Of a stretch of 64,000 bases of DNA, positions 55,758 to 64,000 are shown piece by piece; within the stretch, counting starts at the first letter, position 1, and each line of letters starts with the position of its first letter. Origin of the DNA: Candidatus Magasanikbacteria bacterium RIFCSPHIGHO2_02_FULL_48_18 (GTDB lineage Bacteria > Patescibacteriota > Patescibacteriia > Magasanikbacterales > UBA922); assembly GCA_001784285.1 (NCBI GenBank), contig MFQC01000009.1:8828-72827 (forward strand), written 5' to 3'. The notes beneath the pieces are model-generated. The model saw nothing but the letters and a program-made list of their open reading frames with translations, ran no database searches and was not told the origin of the DNA. The position numbers and the translations under genes are program-made.

Positions 55758-57164
55758 TCAGGCGGCGGCACTGTATGCAACCGGCGTTCTGGGTTCGTCA
55801 TATCTGTTTTCCTCAACTAATGCGATTACCTGTTCTAGGGTCGCATGGCTTAAAAAACGAAAAAAAATATTTTCTGGAAATGGATTCCGTTCCGCTATCT
55901 GGCGCGCCACATCTTGGATGTACCGCACGCAATCAGCCTGTTCGGCAAAATAAAAAATGCCTTTTCTGAAAAAATCCATTAATCGAATACTCAACGCTCT
56001 TTCCTTGCGCAACGCTTTTAAATCAATACTCGCAAGCGGGGCAAGCGTCTCACGCAATCCGCCGATATCTTCTCGAAATACCTGGCATACCGCAGTATCA
56101 ATAGTCGCTTTTGTTTGTGCGAAATCGAGCACTTCGCTGGATTGCACTCCCTGCTCCATGCCCTCTTCTGGAACAAATACCTTTCGTATCAAAGATAAAT
56201 TGCGGATAGAAATCCCAAGAAGGTGAGGAAGTCCTTCATATGCGGCGAGCATGCCAAGCGCCTGATCAATCATAGTTTTTTCAGAGCCTTTGAGCAAGCG
56301 ACGAAGCGAATCAAACCTCTGCGCCACTTTCGTTCTTGCCCGCACAATTTGCGACGGTGTTTTCAGCCGTCGCGGTTCACTCGCTAAATCAGTGACCGAC
56401 GGTCGAGCGATCTCTTCTTTATTGGAAAGATATCTCACGACGTCTTCCAAAATTTCTCTCGTGGCAACCACAAGATAATTGGCAAACATTTCATTTTTCC
56501 CGGCAAGTTCCACCGCGCCTACCCCTTCGATATACGTGACTACCGGCTCTTCCCGCGCAATATTTGGATTCCACAGTTGCATGGACCCGCCGCGACTTTC
56601 GCCAAACACTTCCACCAATTCTTTCCCCTCATGAAAAATTGCCAAGCGCTTTGAATGGCCAAATGGACCAACCCGAAAATCAACTTCCCGTTCCTCCCCA
56701 TTCTCCTCTCTTTTATCCGCTTCTTCTTCGGAAACAAGCTCTTGCACCGCAAGACTATACCCATCTGGGAGCACATCTGAGAGCTGTGCCCTCAACAGTT
56801 CAAATCCTTCATCATCAGTATACACATCAATATCATTGATACCCTTTACTTCCCACGGATCAGATTTCGGCCGCTCCAAAATTTCTCGACGAATATCATG
56901 AAACGCATTTGCGGCGCTGCCCCCAAGGCGATAAGAAGCGCCGGAATCACGAAACACGCCAATCACCAAGCGGAGCGGTTCTATAAAACACTCTGGAATG
57001 TGTACATTCTCTCGCGCCTCTTCCAATTTTTCCGGCTCTCCACTTCCTGTTTGATTTTCATGAGCGCCGCCAACATTGGCAGACGAACATGTGCTTTCCG
57101 AATCGGCCAAAAATCCAGTGTCACACGAGGGGGTGGTGCGGGCTCTTTCAAAGAATATCATCAT
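55758..57164 (-). CDS. Hypothetical protein with a possible nucleotidyltransferase-like N-terminal motif.
   Basis: The sequence RLGGSAANAFHDIRREILERPKSDPWEVKGINDIDVYTDDE contains GS...DxD with a long spacer. The rest is alpha-helical. The protein is 468 aa. Confidence 0.4.
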   Translation of the reverse strand: MMIFFERARTTPSCDTGFLADSESTCSSANVGGAHENQTGSGEPEKLEEARENVHIPECFIEPLRLVIGVFRDSGASYRLGGSAANAFHDIRREILERPKSDPWEVKGINDIDVYTDDEGFELLRAQLSDVLPDGYSLAVQELVSEEEADKREENGEEREVDFRVGPFGHSKRLAIFHEGKELVEVFGESRGGSMQLWNPNIAREEPVVTYIEGVGAVELAGKNEMFANYLVVATREILEDVVRYLSNKEEIARPSVTDLASEPRRLKTPSQIVRARTKVAQRFDSLRRLLKGSEKTMIDQALGMLAAYEGLPHLLGISIRNLSLIRKVFVPEEGMEQGVQSSEVLDFAQTKATIDTAVCQVFREDIGGLRETLAPLASIDLKALRKERALSIRLMDFFRKGIFYFAEQADCVRYIQDVARQIAERNPFPENIFFRFLSHATLEQVIALVEENRYDEPRTPVAYSAAA

Positions 57165-57171
57165 ATTGCTT

Positions 57172-58920
57172 TTACATTTCCTCCACGTGGGTCATTCCAA
57201 GCAAGTATAACCCATGTCGCATCACAATGCCAACTGCGCTCACCAAATGGATGCGAAACGATTTTGTCGCCTTATCCGCAGTCAAAACAGGACACGCATG
57301 ATAAAACGCATTAAAATCTTGGGCAAGCTCCAGTAAATACTTGGCAATTTTGGATGGATCCAAATGGTCGGCCGCTTCTTTGGCCGCTTCTGGAAAAGAC
57401 GCAAGGTCAAGAAGGAGCTTCTTTTCTTGCGCGGTTTCCAATGTGTCGCCATCCAACGCGTCAAAAGGCGCGGACACATTTTCTTTTTGGATCTTCCGTA
57501 TGATGGATTGAATGCGCGCGACAATATATAACAGATACGGCCCGCTATCGCCTGAAATATTCACCGATTCTTCCATGTCAAATGCAATATCGTTCCCAAT
57601 GCCAGTCTTCAAAAATCCATACTTGACAGCAGAGAGCGCCACCGTTTCCAAAACTCCTTCCGCGTCCTTAACCGTGTTTTCTTTCATAATCGCGCGAATA
57701 CGATCCTTGACCGCATCGAGCAATTCTTCTCCAAGAACCACATTGCCGGTTCGAGAACTCATTTTTCCATGCTTCAAATGCACCCATCCGTAGACAAGAT
57801 GATACTCTTTCCCCATGCTTTCCGGCACCACATGCTCGAGCGCTTTGAAAACCACTTGAAAATATCCTGTTTGCTCTTTGCCGACGACATGGATAATCTG
57901 ATCCGGATGATGTTCGGCAAACTGCAACGCCCCAAGCGCCATTTCTTTGGCCTCATATCCAGGGAACCCTTGGCTCGTAATAAAGACGCGGTCATGCAAT
58001 CCATACGTTTCTCCGGGGAAAATAATGGCCCCATCGCTTTCTTTAAAGACACCTTTTTTAAGAAAGGCCCGCACGAGTTCTTCACCGCGCGCAAAAACTT
58101 CGGATTCAAAATAAAGCCGATCAAATCGAGAACCGACCCGTTGATAGATTATATCAAAATATTCAAGGCTCCAGGATCGAGTCGTTTGGTATATGTCGTG
58201 AATTGAAGGATCATTCGCGTATATTTTTTTATTAAGCGCAATAATTTCTTGTTTTGTTTCTTCATTGTCTTCATAGCGCTGTCCTCCCCTTGCGTACGCT
58301 TTTCCGAGGAAGGCCATTCGCTCATGAATATCTTTTTCTTGTACGGCGCGGTATTCATCAATCAATTGCTGTATTCCCCAAAGCGATTTTGCGATATGCA
58401 TGCCCACGTCGCCTTGATAATTTACGCGGACAAGCTCGTGCCCCGCATTTTCCAAAATGCGGATAATGCTCTCACCGGTCACGATATTGCGCAAATGACC
58501 GATATGAAACATTTTATGCGTATTCGGATGCGCAAATTCCACCATAATTTTTTTTCTTTTTTCCTCTCGCACGGCTCCGTATGGCTGTTCGGTTTTGTGC
58601 AAAATAAGCGGGAAAAGGAGACTGGCCATTTCCTTTTGGTTCAGAAAAAAATTCACGAACGGCCCTTCGGCGCGCACATCCCGTATAAGAGATGCCTCCG
58701 TTATGTCAGCGTGTATTTTTGCGGCGAGATGTTTTGCAACAATGGCAGGGCTTTCCCCTCGTGTTTTTGCGTACGAAAAACACGGAAACGCAAAATCGCC
58801 AAGTACGGAATTTGGCGGCGCAGAAAAAACAATATCCGCTGGGAGAATATGTTTTTGTATATGCGCTTCAAGATTTTGTTTTATGGTATTCATCATATTT
58901 TTTCTGTATCTCATCCTCAT
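57172..58920 (-). CDS. argS: Arginine--tRNA ligase.
   Basis: HIGH (FHIGHLRN) is present. The C-terminal DALR-type anticodon-binding region is present. GKMSSRTG acts as a KMSK-like motif. Confidence 0.85.
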   Translation of the reverse strand: MRMRYRKNMMNTIKQNLEAHIQKHILPADIVFSAPPNSVLGDFAFPCFSYAKTRGESPAIVAKHLAAKIHADITEASLIRDVRAEGPFVNFFLNQKEMASLLFPLILHKTEQPYGAVREEKRKKIMVEFAHPNTHKMFHIGHLRNIVTGESIIRILENAGHELVRVNYQGDVGMHIAKSLWGIQQLIDEYRAVQEKDIHERMAFLGKAYARGGQRYEDNEETKQEIIALNKKIYANDPSIHDIYQTTRSWSLEYFDIIYQRVGSRFDRLYFESEVFARGEELVRAFLKKGVFKESDGAIIFPGETYGLHDRVFITSQGFPGYEAKEMALGALQFAEHHPDQIIHVVGKEQTGYFQVVFKALEHVVPESMGKEYHLVYGWVHLKHGKMSSRTGNVVLGEELLDAVKDRIRAIMKENTVKDAEGVLETVALSAVKYGFLKTGIGNDIAFDMEESVNISGDSGPYLLYIVARIQSIIRKIQKENVSAPFDALDGDTLETAQEKKLLLDLASFPEAAKEAADHLDPSKIAKYLLELAQDFNAFYHACPVLTADKATKSFRIHLVSAVGIVMRHGLYLLGMTHVEEM

Positions 58921-58931
58921 ACTCCATCATA

Positions 58932-60113
58932 TTATTGAATACGAATAAAAAAGCGTTTCCCTTTTTGAACGACATCGCCTGCTTTGAGGATGACCTCATA
59001 CGAAGTGATTTTTTCATCGTTTATTTTCACGCCATCGCCGTCAATAGCGCGGCGAGCATCTGTCTTGCTTGACGCAAAACCGGCGTCAATCAGCACGTTC
59101 ACAATATCTTTTCCTGCTCCTGCGATCGTCGGCATATCGGCCGGTGCTTCTTTTTTTGCAAACACGGAGACAAAATACGCCTCGGCTTCGCCTGCCGCCC
59201 CGGGGCTGTAATAAAACCGCACAAGTTCTTTTGCAAGGAATACTTTATAATCTCGCGGATTTGCGCCACTCTGTATGGCCGCCTTATATTCACGCACTGT
59301 GTCCATCGGGACGCGCGTCATATTTTCAAAATATGGAATAATAAGGCTGTCCGGAATAGACATGATTTTACCGAACATGTCGTTTGGCGCGTCAATGATG
59401 TTGACTGTATTCCCCCAACTCGAGCTCATCTTGCGGCCGTCAGTTCCGGCAACGAGGGGATTCGTCATAATGGCTTGCGGTTCTTTTTTGTATTTTTCCT
59501 GCAACACGCGCCCTGCCAAGAGATTAAACCGCTGGTCAGTCCCGCCCACCTCGACATCGGCATCAATCGCAACCGAATCATACCCCTGCATAAGCGGATA
59601 GAGCATTTCGCGCAAAGACACTCGCGTACCCGCGTCAAGCCGCCTGCGAATATTCTCGCGCGCAATAAATTCCGCAACGGAAAATGCGTCCGCCTGATCG
59701 CCGATTTCCGCATACGTCAATTTCCCAAGCCATTCGCTGTTGTAACGCACCTCGCACTTCTCAAGATCAATAATTTTGCCTGCCTGCTTGGCATACTGCC
59801 GCATGTTCTCGGCCACGACATCTTTTGCGAGCATGGGCCGTTCGCTCTCTTTGTCCGATGTATCGCCGATCACGCCGGTAAAATCTCCAATAATGAAGAC
59901 AATTTTGTGGCCGAGTTCTTGAAAATCGCGAAGCTTGAGGAGCGGAATGGAACGGCCAAGGTGCAAATTCGGGCTAGTCGGATCAATGCCGAGCTTGACG
60001 CACAGGGTGTTGCCGCTTGCGAGTTTGTTTTCAAGCGTCTCGCGACCGATGATTTCGTGAACGCCCCGGGTGAGAAGATCTTGGAGTTTTTTTGAATCAG
60101 TAGAAATGGCCAT
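58932..60113 (-). CDS. tyrS: Tyrosine--tRNA ligase.
   Basis: GIDPTSPNLHLGRS is the HIGH-like motif and KMSSSWGN is KMSKS. A C-terminal S4-like domain is present. The protein is 393 aa. Confidence 0.85.
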   Translation of the reverse strand: MAISTDSKKLQDLLTRGVHEIIGRETLENKLASGNTLCVKLGIDPTSPNLHLGRSIPLLKLRDFQELGHKIVFIIGDFTGVIGDTSDKESERPMLAKDVVAENMRQYAKQAGKIIDLEKCEVRYNSEWLGKLTYAEIGDQADAFSVAEFIARENIRRRLDAGTRVSLREMLYPLMQGYDSVAIDADVEVGGTDQRFNLLAGRVLQEKYKKEPQAIMTNPLVAGTDGRKMSSSWGNTVNIIDAPNDMFGKIMSIPDSLIIPYFENMTRVPMDTVREYKAAIQSGANPRDYKVFLAKELVRFYYSPGAAGEAEAYFVSVFAKKEAPADMPTIAGAGKDIVNVLIDAGFASSKTDARRAIDGDGVKINDEKITSYEVILKAGDVVQKGKRFFIRIQ

Positions 60114-60122
60114 AGAAAGGTA

Positions 60123-60716
60123 TTAATCAATACAAGGTTCGGCTTGGATGAAAACATCATCAATGCGATTGATCGTAACATGATAGTACGTCTTCTCATC
60201 TGCTTCTTCAATGGATGAGTTCTTTGCCGTTATTTTTTCCATCTCGACTTCGGCGAGCACTTTAATGGCGGGGGTGGAAAGAAAACACGCCGGGAGCGCC
60301 TCTTGTTGAAAAATTCGATCCCAGCTATCGGAGTCCAGGTATAACGGAAAACCACTCAATGTGACAATATTTTTTTGATCGTCTAAGACTGCTTCGCCAA
60401 ATCCACCGGTCCAACCAACCGATACAAAAAAAACTGCTTGCTGAGGATCGAATATTTCTATAATCTGGAAAGGCATCATTTTGACTTCGACATTTTGGTT
60501 CGTGAAGGCTTCACCGCCATTGCCATTGTTTATGGAAACTATTTTTTCATCTACTGTTGATGTAACTCCGGATATGGAGAATTCGCTTTTTGTACTTTTT
60601 GGGACATTATTTATCCCCAGCCCATTTTCTTTTACCGGGTTATCGGCCAGACAACCAACACCCACAAGGAGGAGCGCTAAAAACATGCATATAAATAATC
60701 GAAGCCGGCGTATCAT
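60123..60716 (-). CDS. Hypothetical lipoprotein.
   Basis: MIRRLRLFICMFLALLLVGVGC has a lipobox. The gene lies 15 nt downstream of valS. Confidence 0.5.
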   Translation of the reverse strand: MIRRLRLFICMFLALLLVGVGCLADNPVKENGLGINNVPKSTKSEFSISGVTSTVDEKIVSINNGNGGEAFTNQNVEVKMMPFQIIEIFDPQQAVFFVSVGWTGGFGEAVLDDQKNIVTLSGFPLYLDSDSWDRIFQQEALPACFLSTPAIKVLAEVEMEKITAKNSSIEEADEKTYYHVTINRIDDVFIQAEPCID

Positions 60717-60746
60717 AAAAAATCCAAGCATACAATATGTACAATA

Positions 60747-63572
60747 CTAAAAATGGCTAAAGGGAGCACGTTGTTGCTCGAGTGCGGACAATTTTGCTGT
60801 TGCCTCTTCATATTTCGCGCGTTCCGTCGCAACCACCGATGCTGGCGCCTGAGCCACAAACTGTTTGTTTGCCAATTTTTTTTCAAGCGAAGAAACATAG
60901 GCTGTCAGATTCTGTATTTCTTTCTCCAGCCGTTCTCTTTCCTTTGCCACATCAATCACATCACTCAATTCCACAAATACCGTCACCCCTTCTCCAGGAA
61001 CAAATGTCGCGCTCTGTTTTGGTTGATCGGGTGTTCCCGTTATGGTGAGCGACGAAACCTTCGCCAAATTTTTAATAATAGATGCATATTGATCAATCAA
61101 TACCTGATATTTTTCTGTTTGGATAATGATACTAAATTCTTTTTTTGGTTCAATACCATACTCATTGCGAATCGTCCGAATGCCGGTTACAATTGATTGA
61201 AGAAGAGAAAACTCACTGAGCACTTCCGAAGCGGGCTTGTCTGTCCGTAACCCCGCATGGAGGACGGAGGAAGGCCACGGTTGCACCATCAACAAAATTC
61301 CTGAATTTCTCATCCTCTGCTGATATATGGCCTCTGTCACAAATGGCATAAATGGATGCCAGAGTTTGAGTAAAATCTCTAAGATATACATAAGTATGCC
61401 AGATTTGAAGGACTTATCTGCTGGCGAAGCGGATTCGATTTTAGAAATTTCGAGATACCAATCTGCCAATTCGCTCCAGGTAAAATCACGCAACTTTTCT
61501 CCAGCTGCGGAAAAACGAAAATTTTCCAGGTCGTCTGTCACTTCAATAATAATTTGATTGAGACGCATCAGAATCCATTGGTCAGCAAGAGTATACTCCT
61601 GTGATGTATGATCTGTCTCAAGTGTGAGGCCATCTGGGTCGAACTGTGTCAAAATAAACCGCGAAATATTCCAAATCTTATTCACCAAATTCCGTGCGCC
61701 TTCCACTTTCTCATCATAAAATCTGGCATCATTCCCAGGTGAAATTCCAGAGATTAAACTAAATCGCAGAGCATCGGTTCCAAACTCCTCAATGACATCA
61801 AGTGGATCAACGGAATTGCCAGCAGACTTAGAAAATTTCTTTCCCATTTCATCGCGCAACATGCCGTGGATATAGACATCACGAAATGGTATGCCATCAA
61901 TGACGTACGTGGAAAACAAAATCATGCGTGACATCCATAAAAACAATATCTCGTATCCCATCTGCATCCAGCCGGTTGGATGAAATGTTTTAAAGTCGCC
62001 GCCCTCAGGCCAGCCTAATGTTGAAAACGTCCACATCCCGCTTGAAAACCAGGTATCGAGTGTATCTGGATCACGTTCCCACTTCTCTTCATCCTTTGGC
62101 GGCTCTATTCCCACATACACCTCTTCACCCTTATACCACACCGGAATCTGATGCCCCCACCAAATTTGACGCGAAATACACCAATCATACAAATTATCCA
62201 CCCAACGAAGATAGCCTTTCTCAAACCGATCTGGAGTAATACGCACTGTTTTATTTTTGTCTCCATTGTGTCCAGTGGTCACTGCCTCTCGCATCAATTG
62301 CTTGAGCGTTTTCCCGCGCCCAGGAATTTCTTTGTCGACATTCACAAACCATTGTTTTGACACCATTGGTTCAACCACAGTGTTTGACCGATAACAGATC
62401 GGCAGGCGATGCACGTATTTCGTGTCTTCACCGACAATCAACCCCATTTCTTTCATAATTTCAACGGCTTTTCTTCGCGCGTCAACAATTGTCATGCCGA
62501 TACAAGGCCCGGCAACATCAGTCATCTTTCCATCAAAATCAATTTTTTGAATAAATGTCTCATTCAATCCTCGGCGTTTGGCCAAATCATAATCATCGGC
62601 TGAATGACAGGAAGAAATCGTCATAGCGCCAGCGCCTTTTTCCATGTCGATCACTTCGTCGGCAATTACATAAAATTTTCTTTTGGCGGCATACGTATCA
62701 TACTCAAAGGCTCGCCCTTCCAACTCTTTTCCGGTAAAAGTCTCTGTAACTTGAAAATTACTCTGCGATTCAAGGTGATTGGTGATGACTTGAAATTGTT
62801 CCTTCTTGTCAAAAAGATTTTTAGAAACAATAAGATGATCCTCTTGCCCCTCTTTGTTTGTAAACCGAAGCCGCAGATACTCCCCATCTCCATGAACAAC
62901 AAGCGGAGAATCGGCACACTTGGTTTCCGGACGGACCGTACCGATCACAAATTCGCCGCAACGAATATAATAAAACGGTTCTTGCCGCTCTTCCCAAAGC
63001 AACTCATCATCCGAAAGCACAGAATGCGCGCCAATCGACCAATTCACCATGCGTGTGCCACGATAAATAAGACCGTCATTATACATGCGCACAAACACGC
63101 CATTGACTGCTCGATTACGTGGCTCATCAAATGTATAAGCAAGCCGTGACCAATCGGCACTCGTCCCCATTTTTTTAATTTGAGAAAGAATCGTTGATTT
63201 TGATTGTTCAGAAAATTCTCGAATGCGTCGCAGCAGTTCTTCCCGCCCCAATTCTTGCCGAGGATTTTTAATGCCTTGTTCAACAAGTAACCGTTCCACT
63301 TTTGCCTGCGTTGCTACTGCCGCGTGATCGGTTCCAGGCAACAGTAGCACTTTCTTCCCGCGCATACGCTGAAACCGCGCCATACTATCCATGAGCGAAT
63401 TTTCCAAGGCATGGCCAAGATGAAGAACACCCGTGACATTGGGTGGGGGCATCATGATGGCATAGGGCTCGCCCGAAAGATTGTCCGGATTAAAAAAACC
63501 GCTCTCTTCCCAACGTTTGTAGATTTCGTCCTCGTAGTGCTTTGGTTCGTATGCTTTTGGCAATTCTTTCAT
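60747..63572 (-). CDS. valS: Valine--tRNA ligase.
   Basis: PPPNVTGVLHLGHA (HIGH) and KMSKSAGN are present. A C-terminal coiled coil is present. The protein is 941 aa. Confidence 0.9.
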   Translation of the reverse strand: MKELPKAYEPKHYEDEIYKRWEESGFFNPDNLSGEPYAIMMPPPNVTGVLHLGHALENSLMDSMARFQRMRGKKVLLLPGTDHAAVATQAKVERLLVEQGIKNPRQELGREELLRRIREFSEQSKSTILSQIKKMGTSADWSRLAYTFDEPRNRAVNGVFVRMYNDGLIYRGTRMVNWSIGAHSVLSDDELLWEERQEPFYYIRCGEFVIGTVRPETKCADSPLVVHGDGEYLRLRFTNKEGQEDHLIVSKNLFDKKEQFQVITNHLESQSNFQVTETFTGKELEGRAFEYDTYAAKRKFYVIADEVIDMEKGAGAMTISSCHSADDYDLAKRRGLNETFIQKIDFDGKMTDVAGPCIGMTIVDARRKAVEIMKEMGLIVGEDTKYVHRLPICYRSNTVVEPMVSKQWFVNVDKEIPGRGKTLKQLMREAVTTGHNGDKNKTVRITPDRFEKGYLRWVDNLYDWCISRQIWWGHQIPVWYKGEEVYVGIEPPKDEEKWERDPDTLDTWFSSGMWTFSTLGWPEGGDFKTFHPTGWMQMGYEILFLWMSRMILFSTYVIDGIPFRDVYIHGMLRDEMGKKFSKSAGNSVDPLDVIEEFGTDALRFSLISGISPGNDARFYDEKVEGARNLVNKIWNISRFILTQFDPDGLTLETDHTSQEYTLADQWILMRLNQIIIEVTDDLENFRFSAAGEKLRDFTWSELADWYLEISKIESASPADKSFKSGILMYILEILLKLWHPFMPFVTEAIYQQRMRNSGILLMVQPWPSSVLHAGLRTDKPASEVLSEFSLLQSIVTGIRTIRNEYGIEPKKEFSIIIQTEKYQVLIDQYASIIKNLAKVSSLTITGTPDQPKQSATFVPGEGVTVFVELSDVIDVAKERERLEKEIQNLTAYVSSLEKKLANKQFVAQAPASVVATERAKYEEATAKLSALEQQRAPFSHF

Positions 63573-63581
63573 AAAAACAAT

Positions 63582-63860
63582 CTAGCATTTTTGCGTATAT
63601 TTTTTTATCCAATGGGATCTGATAACCGGAAGCGTCATCGTGGAAAAAAGCCAGCCCAATGCCGGCACCAATGCTTTGAGAAGGGGATACGTGTCATGAA
63701 TACTCCAAAGCCAGAGAGCCGCGACGCTATAGGTAAGAAAAAAAATAACGATCCGACGGGTAAAACTTATTTCCCATGCTTTATCCGCTTCGACTCGCCG
63801 GTTTCGCGCTTCAATATCTGCAATGCGATCTCCAAGGGGTTGCGCGATGTCTCTTTCCAT
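63582..63860 (-). CDS. Small membrane protein, hypothetical.
   Basis: The protein is 92 aa with two hydrophobic helices. Confidence 0.4.
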   Translation of the reverse strand: MERDIAQPLGDRIADIEARNRRVEADKAWEISFTRRIVIFFLTYSVAALWLWSIHDTYPLLKALVPALGWLFSTMTLPVIRSHWIKKYTQKC

Positions 63861-63925
63861 AGTAAATAGTAAAAGGAGTCATAATGTACTCTGATTTTAC
63901 GTATATTCAAGAAAAAAATCAAGGA

Positions 63926-63990
63926 GGCCGTTGACATGTTGAGGAATGGCTGGTATACTGACTCATCCTCCAAAATGGAGGAGTTTTTCT
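63926..63990 (+). CDS. Possible start of a plus-strand gene. The window ends after 21 codons.
   Basis: AAGGAGG lies 8 nt upstream of ATG 63926, giving MLRNGWYTDSSSKMEEFFCGP.... The frame is open to the window end. A 16-aa upstream ORF with its own SD ends 1 nt before this ATG. A TTGACA-17-TATACT match overlaps the ATG, which is an alternative reading of the same bases. Confidence 0.3.
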
Positions 63991-64000
63991 GTGGCCCTCA

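Noticed and set aside
55619-55816. The 65-aa ORF between the antitoxin gene and the 468-aa gene.
   Set aside because: It overlaps the toxin-antitoxin promoter and the 3' end of the 468-aa CDS in another frame. The translation is Pro-rich with no features.
63921-63949. A stand-alone plus-strand promoter call, TTGACA-17-TATACT.
   Set aside because: It is a perfect match, but it overlaps an SD-preceded ATG (63926) that opens a frame to the window edge. It is reported only as an alternative reading, not as a confident promoter.

Overview
The window is gene-dense and almost entirely coded on the minus strand. It mixes housekeeping genes (valS, tyrS, argS, nusA, yidC, rsmF-like, groES-groEL with a CIRCE operator, prfB, tsaC, ksgA, pgi, grx, ogt-like) with an unusual envelope-related load. 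Three giant extracytoplasmic proteins (3011, 2161 and 1901 aa) take up about 21 kb. The 2161-aa protein is an alpha-2-macroglobulin with a CSEQ thioester motif and sits convergent to a PBP1C-type penicillin-binding protein. A further minus-strand CDS of more than 1375 aa runs off the left edge and is absent from the ORF track; it encodes a polytopic membrane protein with a long charged-repeat tail. There are two type II toxin-antitoxin modules (YafQ/DinJ-like and MazF/RHH-like) and an ECF sigma/anti-sigma pair. Most native genes lack Shine-Dalgarno sites and many are chained by 4-nt ATGA overlaps. Two GC-rich islands (about 5150-6050 and 33685-34180) encode lipoproteins with canonical AGGAGG sites and look horizontally acquired. 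The least explained feature is a tandem pair of diverged units of roughly 330 bp at 4400-5045. Each unit appears to encode a small RNA of about 120 nt with its own sigma70 promoter and intrinsic terminator. The RNAs have a perfect 7-bp terminal helix and a tRNA-like T-loop (GGUUCAAUUCC) but no anticodon arm, which is a tRNA-like or Y-RNA-like architecture rather than a true tRNA. No CRISPR array, rRNA or clear tRNA is present. The taxon cannot be fixed from sequence alone; gene content and synteny suggest an uncultivated, streamlined bacterium. All product calls rest on motif recognition by eye, with no database search.
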